A DNA stretch of 64,000 bases from an uncultured Clostridia bacterium (GTDB lineage Bacteria; Bacillota; Clostridia; TANB77; CAG-508). The DNA is taken from positions 2,239 to 66,238 of the forward strand of contig CANQQQ010000002.1 of the NCBI GenBank assembly GCA_947626025.1. Reading direction: 5' to 3'. A model generated the notes under the pieces. That model ran no database searches. It saw only the letters and a program-made list of their open reading frames with translations, and was not told the origin of the DNA. The translations under genes and the position numbers were made by a program. The first letter of the stretch is position 1, and every line of letters starts with the position of its first letter. This document shows, piece by piece, positions 56,928 through 64,000 of this stretch.

Positions 56928-57123
56928 TACTCCCAGAAAAACACTTCTGCAACTGTAACCTCTAATGCTTTTGCTATACTTTTCATTACATCTATCGATG
57001 GATTTTTTCTAGTACCTTTTTCTAAATGACATATATATCCGTGCTGATATTCCTGTTCTTAAAGATAGTTCATTTAGTGTAATACCCTTATTTATCCTAA
57101 ATTCTTTTATTCTATTTTCGCTC
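56928..57123 (-). pseudogene. Cro-like XRE-family HTH regulator (about 65 aa), interrupted by a +1 frameshift at about 57041. It is absent from the ORF track.
   Basis: The minus strand reads MSENRIKEFRINKGITLNELSLRTGISA and then shifts. Removing one C from gca-cgg-ata gives ...GYICHLEKGTRKNPSIDVMKSIAKALEVTVAEVFFWE*, a canonical HTH_XRE protein. The RBS is ggagtgatttaaATG. Confidence 0.5.
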
Positions 57124-57448
57124 ATTTAAATCACTCCTTTTATGACAATAAAATATTATCATATTACTTGTTGACAAGTCAATACTTTTATGGTATTTTT
57201 AAATAAAAACATTGTTTAAAGATTGTAAACCCTTTATAACACTAGATATTTTTTTATTCGACCAAAATCAATCAGTAAAGTTATTTTTCTAATAGACAAT
57301 TTTATTGCATGAAATTATTACATTTTTTTAAGACAAAATATAATTGCTAAAATATCGGTTTTTTTGTAAATTTTTGCATTTACTGCTAGACAAATGGTGT
57401 TTTTTTGTGTATAATATTATTATATTTTTAAGAAAGAGGTTGAAGATT

Positions 57449-58027
57449 ATGATTGGTGGTATGCTTGCAAAAGCTAGAAAAGCTAAAGGAATGACAAAGA
57501 CTGAACTTGCTAGACTTACTGATATTAACATCGGACATTTAACTCATATTGAGAAGGGAGAGAGAAATCCAAGCCATAAAGCATTAAAAACCATTTGCAA
57601 AGCTCTTGATATCCCATATCAACAATTAATGTATACATATGATAAAACTATTAATGAAGAGCAAGAAAGTTATAATGTTGTAAAACATATTTCATATGAT
57701 AAAATTCTTGCTGTTGATAGTCTTGATAGTTTCATTGATTGCCCATCAGACATGCCAAGTGCTGCTATCGCAGTTAAAATTCAAGATGACTCAATGAGCA
57801 AATCTTTCGAGAAAGGTACATATGCTTTTATAGAATTTAACACCCCGTTAAATAGTAAAGATTACGGTTTATTCAGCTATAATGATCAAGTTCTTATTAG
57901 AAGATTTTATGACAAGAGAGGAAAAATTACTTTAAAAGCAGAAAATCCAAGTATTAAAGATATTCAAGTATCAAATTCAGATACTTTCTATATAATTGGG
58001 AAAGTATTGACAAAATCTAAAAAATAG
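57449..58027 (+). CDS. CI/LexA-like repressor: an XRE HTH domain plus an S24 peptidase domain.
   Basis: The N-terminal HTH is MTKTELARLTDINIGHLTHIEKGERNPS. The C-terminal S24 domain has Ser in IQDDSMSKS and Lys in IRRFYDKRGKITL. It is divergent from the Cro-like gene across a 325-bp region that contains the palindrome acttgttgacaagt. Confidence 0.75.
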   Translation: MIGGMLAKARKAKGMTKTELARLTDINIGHLTHIEKGERNPSHKALKTICKALDIPYQQLMYTYDKTINEEQESYNVVKHISYDKILAVDSLDSFIDCPSDMPSAAIAVKIQDDSMSKSFEKGTYAFIEFNTPLNSKDYGLFSYNDQVLIRRFYDKRGKITLKAENPSIKDIQVSNSDTFYIIGKVLTKSKK

Positions 58028-58052
58028 TTAAATATTTTATATATAATTTATT

Positions 58053-58081
58053 CTATCATATGAAAGTTCTCCTGTTACAGG
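58053..58081. terminator. Bidirectional terminator hairpin.
   Basis: The stem is gaaagttctcctg / caggagaactttc with loop tta. Confidence 0.65.
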
Positions 58082-58107
58082 AGAACTTTCTTTATCAGAT
58101 ACTATTT

Positions 58108-58749
58108 CTATTTTACACATATATAGTCTTTTATACTCTCGTATTTTGCATTTCCTATTCCAGACACATTTTTAATATCCTCAATTGTTTTAAAGTTTCC
58201 ATTTGTTGTTCTATATTCTACTATTTTCATTGCTGTTGCCTCTCCAATGCCTGATAAACTCATTAATTCTTCTATAGTTGCTTTGTTTATATTTAATTTT
58301 CCTGTTGTATTTTTGCTTTCTCCATTATCTATTACCACATTTACTTTTTGTTCCTCTATTTCTGCTATTTCTTCTTCTGTGTCTGTTATTTTAGGAATAT
58401 AAATCTTTTGTCCATCTTGTAATGCATATGCTAAGTTTATTGCTGTTAAATCCGCTTCACTTGTTAATCCTCCTGCTGCTTCAATCGCATCTACTATACG
58501 ATCTCCTTGCTTTATCTTTACTATACCTTCATTTTTGACTGCTCCTGTAACATGTATTATTATTTCACTAATATTTTCTTCTACTTTCTCTTCATTTTCT
58601 TTGTCATTTGTTTCATCTTCTATCGCTTCATTTATTACAGAATAATCATAATCTCTTGTTTTTGTCGTCATATAAAATATAAATATGCCTACAACAATAA
58701 CACCAGCTATTATAATAGCGGTCTTTTGCTTTGATGATAGCATTTCCAT
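58108..58749 (-). CDS. comEA: Competence protein ComEA (helix-hairpin-helix DNA receptor).
   Basis: An N-terminal TM anchor, an SLBB-like domain, and a C-terminal tandem HhH (LNINKATIEELMSLSGIGEATAMKIVEYR...IKNVSGIGNAKYESIK). Confidence 0.8.
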   Translation of the reverse strand: MEMLSSKQKTAIIIAGVIVVGIFIFYMTTKTRDYDYSVINEAIEDETNDKENEEKVEENISEIIIHVTGAVKNEGIVKIKQGDRIVDAIEAAGGLTSEADLTAINLAYALQDGQKIYIPKITDTEEEIAEIEEQKVNVVIDNGESKNTTGKLNINKATIEELMSLSGIGEATAMKIVEYRTTNGNFKTIEDIKNVSGIGNAKYESIKDYICVK

Positions 58750-59098
58750 GATACCCTCCTTTCATCAGTATTTAATTGTTCTTTGGAATTTTGCCTTTAG
58801 AAAAATAAGGCTTTTGAAATTTAATTTGTTCTTGAATTCAAATTATTTTAATTTTAACATATTTATAAAAAATTTCAATAGATATAATTATATTTTTTAA
58901 AAAACAATAATTTCCATTGATACTTATACTAGATAGATACAAAAATAAATTAGTCTTTGAATACTCTTGCTCTTTTCGAGTTTAATTTGCTAATAAAAGC
59001 AAGCAAATTTTAAACATAATATCCCTTTTTATTCAATAGGAATTCACTATTCCATAAAAAATGACTAATAAAATTTCTTTATTAGCCATTTTTATTAA

Positions 59099-60049
59099 TT
59101 ATAATAAAGGATCTATTGTTTCTTTTATAACATTATCAAGTGTATTCCAGCTAAAATCAAACTGTTCTTGTTCTTTTTGTGTTAGTCTTAGTTTTAGTAT
59201 TTCTCTTACTCCATTACTATTTATTACTGCTGGAACACCAATATAAAGACCTTTATGATTATATTCTCCATCTAATTGTGTTGATACTGGTAAAATTTGA
59301 TTCTCATCACCAATTATTGCTTTTACTATATTTGTGAGTGCTAATCCAATTCCGTAATACGTTGCCTTCTTTTTATTTATAATCTCATATGCAGATTGTT
59401 GAACATCTCTATAAATATCATCTAAGACTGTTAAATCTTGATGTCTATCTTCCAAGACCTCTACTATTTTTTTGCATCCAATATAGCAATGTGTCCATGG
59501 TACAAATGATGAATCTCCATGCTCTCCCATGATATATGCATGAACATTTTTACTATTTACACTAAGATATTCGCCTAATATATATCTTAATCTTGCAGTA
59601 TCTAATACAGTACCTGAACCTATTATTTTATTTTTAGGAAATCCTGATACTTTTGCAACTACATATGTCATAATATCTACAGGATTTGTCGCAATAATAA
59701 ATATTCCCTTAAACCCAGCTGAAACTACTTTTTTTGTAATCTCCTTCATTATTTCCGCATTTGTTTTAGCTAAATCAATTCTTGTTTGACCTGGTTTCTG
59801 TGCTAGCCCAGCTGTAATAACAACAATACTTGCATCTTTACATTCTTGGTAATCTCCTGATTTAATATTAATTCTTGAAGGTGCACATGAAATTCCATGT
59901 GACAAATCCATAGCTTCTCCTTCTGCTTTATCTTTTTGTTCGTCTATTAAAACCAACTCATTTATTCCACCTTGATTTAGTAATGAGTATGCAAAACTCA
60001 TTCCTACAAAGCCTGCTCCTACTAATACAATTTTTCTCTTTTCTAACAT
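59099..60049 (-). CDS. ldh: L-lactate dehydrogenase.
   Basis: KIVLVGAGFVGMSFAYSL is the NAD-binding site. The catalytic loop is also present (GEHGDSSFVPWTHCYIG). Confidence 0.9.
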   Translation of the reverse strand: MLEKRKIVLVGAGFVGMSFAYSLLNQGGINELVLIDEQKDKAEGEAMDLSHGISCAPSRINIKSGDYQECKDASIVVITAGLAQKPGQTRIDLAKTNAEIMKEITKKVVSAGFKGIFIIATNPVDIMTYVVAKVSGFPKNKIIGSGTVLDTARLRYILGEYLSVNSKNVHAYIMGEHGDSSFVPWTHCYIGCKKIVEVLEDRHQDLTVLDDIYRDVQQSAYEIINKKKATYYGIGLALTNIVKAIIGDENQILPVSTQLDGEYNHKGLYIGVPAVINSNGVREILKLRLTQKEQEQFDFSWNTLDNVIKETIDPLL

Positions 60050-60080
60050 TTAATACTCCTTTCTTTTTCTATTAAGTAAT

Positions 60081-63000
60081 CTATATACTATTACTATTTA
60101 ATTTCATAGATAGTAATTTACTAATTCCACTTTCTTCCATTGTTACACCATATACTGTTGAAGCTTGTTCCATCGTTCCTTTTCTATGTGTTATGGTTAA
60201 AAACTGTGTCTCGCCTGCAAATTTCTTTAAATATTCTGCAAATCTATATACATTTACATCGTCTAATGCCGCTTCAATTTCGTCTAATATACAGAATGGT
60301 GACGGATTTATTTTTAACATTGAAAATAACAATGCAATTGCTGTAAAAGCTCTTTCTCCACCAGACAATAGCATCATGTTCTGTAATTTTTTTCCTGGTG
60401 GTTGAACTCTTATCTCTATTCCAGTTTCTAAAATATTGCTTTCATCTTCGAGTATAAGTTCTGCCATCCCACCACCAAAAAGTTCTTTAAATGTAGCCTT
60501 GAAGTTTTCATTTATTATATTAAATTGTTTTACAAATTGTTCCTTCATAGTTTCTGTCATTTCACTTATTACGTCTTTTAGTTGTGCCATTGAATTTTCT
60601 ACATCTAATCTTTGTTCACACATGAAATCATATCTTTCAGAAGTATTCTTATATTCTTCAATAGAATCAACATTTACACTTCCTAAGTCTCTAATTTCCT
60701 CTCTAATATTGCTTGCAGATTTAGTGGCTACTGCAATATTATTTGGCTTTTCATAATTCTCTGGCACATTATTTGGTGTTAATTCGTATTCTTCCCATAA
60801 TTTATTCGTTACTTCTTCTATATCTTGTTCTACTTTTTCCTTTTTTATTTCTATTTTAGTTATTTCTGATTTTATTTTTTCTAATGTATCAAATTGGCTC
60901 AAAACTTTATCTTCTGTACTTTGAAGTCTTTCATTTTTTTCATTTCTTTCTTGTTTTAATTCTTGTACTTTAGTGTCTCTTCCTTGTATGCTTTTATCCA
61001 TTTCTATTAATTGATTTTCAAAGTCTTTTATATTTTGTAATAACTTCTCATTTTCCAAAGTCAACTTTTGCATATTATCTTCTTTATTTTTTATACTTAC
61101 ATCATTTGTAGTAATTTCATTCTTAATTCTTTCAACAACCTCATCTATGGACATTTCACTCTCATTAAAAGAATTTACTGATATCTTTAAGTTAGTTACA
61201 TCAAAATTTAAATCATCAATATATTTTTGATTATCCTTATTTAAGCTAGCGTATTCGTTAATTATTGCATCTAATTTTTCTTTTTTGCTATCTAGCTCTT
61301 CTATCTCTTTTTGTGTCTGTGCTTTCTTTGTTACGCTATCCTCTTTTTGGGTATTTATATCTGCTAATTCATCCTTTAGTTTTTGTATGCGGTTTTCACA
61401 TTTTGCAATATTTTCCTCTGCAGAGTTCAATCTTTGTTTATCTGTTGCATATTGTATTTCTATTTCTTTTAAATTTTCTTCTAAAGTCTTTGATTTTTCT
61501 AATACTTCTTCTACTGATTTTTCATAATTATCTTTTTCCTGTTTTAATTTTTCTATTTTTTCTTCAATATTTTTCAATTCTTTTTCTAATTCTTTTATCT
61601 CTCCAGCTCTTCCTAAAATATTAACTGTTTTAGTTGGTACTGATCCACCACTAATAACTCCTGAAGGGTTTATTATATCACCTTTAAGTGTCACAATTTT
61701 AAATGCATATTTATTTTGTTTTGCCAATTCTATTGCTTGATCCATATCTTCTATTATTATTGTTCTTCCAAGTAAGCTTTGAATTATGCCATCATACTTA
61801 GAATTATATTTTACTAAATCAGAAGCTATCCCAAAAATTCCCTGAACATTTTTAGTATTAACATGCTCAATTTTTTTGCCCCTTACTGCAGATATTGGTA
61901 AAAATGAAGCTCTACCTATTTTATTTTCCCTTAAATATTCTACTAATTTTTTCGCATCTTTTTCTGTTTCTGTTACTATATTTTGTAATGCTCCTCCCAA
62001 TGCCATTTCTATGGCTAATCCGAATTTAGGTTCAACTTCTATTAGACTACTTAATACTCCTTCTACTCCTTTAGATAGTTCTTTATTCTTTTCACAATCT
62101 AATAAGAGCGTTTTTACACTTTTAGTATACCCTTCTTTTTCCTTCTCCGTTTCTTGTAAAAATTTAAGTCTAGATTCTTTTAATCTATATTCTGATAATA
62201 TCGAATTTATTTTATCTTCATAATCTTTTATTTTATTTTCACTTTCTTCTCTACTCTTGGAAATTTCTTCTAAATTTGATATTATCTCTTTTCTTTTATT
62301 TTCGATATTATAAAATACCTTTGCAATATCCTCTTTGGTAAGTCTTGTACTATCTAATTCAGAAACCCCTTGTTGAATTTCTACTTTTACAGTCTTTTCT
62401 CTTTTTTCTAAATTTTCAATATTTACATCATAAGCACTAAGTTGTGCTGTTTTTTCAAACTTACTATCAACACATTCTTCCACAACTTTTTTATGTTCTT
62501 CTATTTCTTTTTCTTTTTCTGATAATTTATTATTTAATTCATCTAATTCTTTTTGTTTTTCTTCTAATTCTTTCTCAAACTTTTCTTTATTTGCAAATAA
62601 ATTTATTTTTTTGGCTTCCTTTTGTTTTACTTCTTCTTCTAATTCCTTTTTCTTTTCACTTAATTCTAAAATCTCTTCTTCAAATCTTTTATAATTTTCA
62701 TTATTATTAGTTATTCTCTCATTTATAACTTTTATATCTGAACTTATTTTCTCTTTTTCTTGTAATGTTGTCGCTTCTAAATTGTGTAAATTTTCTATTT
62801 CTTCAGTAATAGAATCAATATTTTCTTTTAATTGCTGTTTCAATTTATTTATTTCATCTAATTTACTACTTTCCTCATCTCTTTGAATATTTAATGTATT
62901 AGTATCTTCTATTATTTTTGTTAATTTTTCTTTATTTTCATTTATATTGTGTACAAATAAACCTATCTCAATATTTTTTAATTCTTCTTTTAAATTCAAA

Positions 63001-63644
63001 TATTTTTTTGCTTTTTCTGCTTGTACTTTTAATGGTTCAAGATTTTGTTCAATTTCACATATTATATCATTAATTCTTAATAAATTTAGTTTTGTTTGTT
63101 CAAGTTTTTTCTCTGCCTCTATCTTTCTTGCCTTGTATTTCACAATTCCTGATGCTTCTTCAAATACATGTCTTCTGTCTTCTGATTTATTGCTCAATAT
63201 CTCATCTATTCTACCTTGTCCAATAATTGAATATCCATCTTTTCCTATTCCAGTATCCATAAATAATTCTACTATATCTTTTAGTCTGCAATTTGTTTTA
63301 TTTATTAAATATTCTGACTCACCACTTCTAAATAATCTCCTTGTAACTGTTACTTCTGTATATTCTATTGGTAACTTGCCATCAGTATTATCAAATACTA
63401 AAGATACCTCTGCAAATCCTAATGATTTTCTGCTCTGTGTTCCAGCAAATATTACATCCTCTGACTTTTGTCCTCTTAAGGATTTCATACTTTGCTCACC
63501 TAAAACCCATCTTATTGCATCAGAAATATTGCTCTTACCTGACCCATTTGGTCCTATAACAGCAGTTATTCCTGGCATTAATTCTAGTGTGGTTTTATCG
63601 GCAAATGATTTAAACCCCTGTAATTCTAGTTTTTTTAAGTACAT
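60081..63644 (-). CDS. smc: Chromosome segregation protein SMC.
   Basis: 1187 aa. The N-terminus has Walker A GPNGSGKSNISDAIRWVLG, followed by long coiled coils, a hinge, the C-terminal signature LSGGERAFTAIALLFSM and Walker B CILDEIEAALD. Confidence 0.95.
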   Translation of the reverse strand: MYLKKLELQGFKSFADKTTLELMPGITAVIGPNGSGKSNISDAIRWVLGEQSMKSLRGQKSEDVIFAGTQSRKSLGFAEVSLVFDNTDGKLPIEYTEVTVTRRLFRSGESEYLINKTNCRLKDIVELFMDTGIGKDGYSIIGQGRIDEILSNKSEDRRHVFEEASGIVKYKARKIEAEKKLEQTKLNLLRINDIICEIEQNLEPLKVQAEKAKKYLNLKEELKNIEIGLFVHNINENKEKLTKIIEDTNTLNIQRDEESSKLDEINKLKQQLKENIDSITEEIENLHNLEATTLQEKEKISSDIKVINERITNNNENYKRFEEEILELSEKKKELEEEVKQKEAKKINLFANKEKFEKELEEKQKELDELNNKLSEKEKEIEEHKKVVEECVDSKFEKTAQLSAYDVNIENLEKREKTVKVEIQQGVSELDSTRLTKEDIAKVFYNIENKRKEIISNLEEISKSREESENKIKDYEDKINSILSEYRLKESRLKFLQETEKEKEGYTKSVKTLLLDCEKNKELSKGVEGVLSSLIEVEPKFGLAIEMALGGALQNIVTETEKDAKKLVEYLRENKIGRASFLPISAVRGKKIEHVNTKNVQGIFGIASDLVKYNSKYDGIIQSLLGRTIIIEDMDQAIELAKQNKYAFKIVTLKGDIINPSGVISGGSVPTKTVNILGRAGEIKELEKELKNIEEKIEKLKQEKDNYEKSVEEVLEKSKTLEENLKEIEIQYATDKQRLNSAEENIAKCENRIQKLKDELADINTQKEDSVTKKAQTQKEIEELDSKKEKLDAIINEYASLNKDNQKYIDDLNFDVTNLKISVNSFNESEMSIDEVVERIKNEITTNDVSIKNKEDNMQKLTLENEKLLQNIKDFENQLIEMDKSIQGRDTKVQELKQERNEKNERLQSTEDKVLSQFDTLEKIKSEITKIEIKKEKVEQDIEEVTNKLWEEYELTPNNVPENYEKPNNIAVATKSASNIREEIRDLGSVNVDSIEEYKNTSERYDFMCEQRLDVENSMAQLKDVISEMTETMKEQFVKQFNIINENFKATFKELFGGGMAELILEDESNILETGIEIRVQPPGKKLQNMMLLSGGERAFTAIALLFSMLKINPSPFCILDEIEAALDDVNVYRFAEYLKKFAGETQFLTITHRKGTMEQASTVYGVTMEESGISKLLSMKLNSNSI

Positions 63645-63837
63645 CTTATATGTCCTTCCTTAATAAATATCTCATATATTTTATCGCAAAAAAACAAAAA
63701 AAACAATAAATTTAGTCAAATATACATGATAAATTCACAAAATATCATATTGATTAGTTATATCAAAAATTTATTTAATCTATTGAAAATAAGACATAGA
63801 TAAAATATAATGTTAAAAAAAGAAAGGAATGGTAGTT

Positions 63838-64000
63838 ATGTTAGAAAATAATGTTTATCACAAGAAAAAAAGGAAAAAGCGTAAACTTAATTATCCTAGA
63901 ATTATTATATTTCTTATTGTTTTAGGAATAATTATTTGGCGTATTAGTTTTTTATTATCAAATAGATATTCATCAAATGATTTTAATATAAATGATAGTA
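63838..64000 (+). CDS. Hypothetical membrane protein, 5' partial (it runs off the window end).
   Basis: The RBS is aaaggaatggtagttATG. The product begins MLENNVYHKKKRKKRKLNYPRIIIFLIVLGIIIWRISFLL, a TM segment. Confidence 0.3.
   Translation, partial: MLENNVYHKKKRKKRKLNYPRIIIFLIVLGIIIWRISFLLSNRYSSNDFNINDS

Overview
The window comes from a low-GC, AT-rich (about 27% GC) Firmicutes chromosome that looks Clostridium-like. It carries spmA/spmB, a SCIFF peptide gene, a GerMN-domain protein gene, an AbrB-type regulator, a pyrC-pyrF-pyrK-pyrD cluster, rsmI, ldh, smc and comEA. The 5' end (1-7.6 kb) is a compact defense island on the minus strand. Read from its 5' end, this island holds a C5 cytosine methyltransferase with a ~380-aa C-terminal extension carrying a PD-(D/E)xK-like motif, then a small zinc-ribbon protein. 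These are followed by a 331-aa protein ending in a HEPN-type Rx4HG motif and a NACHT-family STAND NTPase that runs off the window edge. A GIY-YIG/DUF4357 nuclease gene lies just beyond. Other accessory content includes a HEPN/nucleotidyltransferase toxin-antitoxin pair next to tRNA-Arg and an ABC-F ATPase with a structured leader. There are two giant surface proteins: a thioester-domain/Cna-B isopeptide (TIE-like) adhesin, and an RCC1 plus Listeria-Bacteroides-repeat protein. A decayed AT-rich island lies next to tRNA-Gly/tRNA-Cys, with an ORF6N-domain protein, a DinD/Bro-N-like gene, PnuC, a new GAATAAT-heptad repeat element family and TGTGACAAAA tandem sites. Three tandem paralogous small membrane-anchored protein genes and a Cro/CI-like repressor pair are also present. 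Four conserved genes (DinD-like, YkvI-like, spmB, XRE) are broken by +1 insertions that all have the same sequence context, which suggests a systematic sequencing artefact rather than four independent pseudogenes. The provided ORF track omits the edge-truncated NACHT gene and all ORFs shorter than 60 aa, including the SCIFF peptide and the XRE regulator. Many track entries are antisense artefacts of AT-rich coding sequence.
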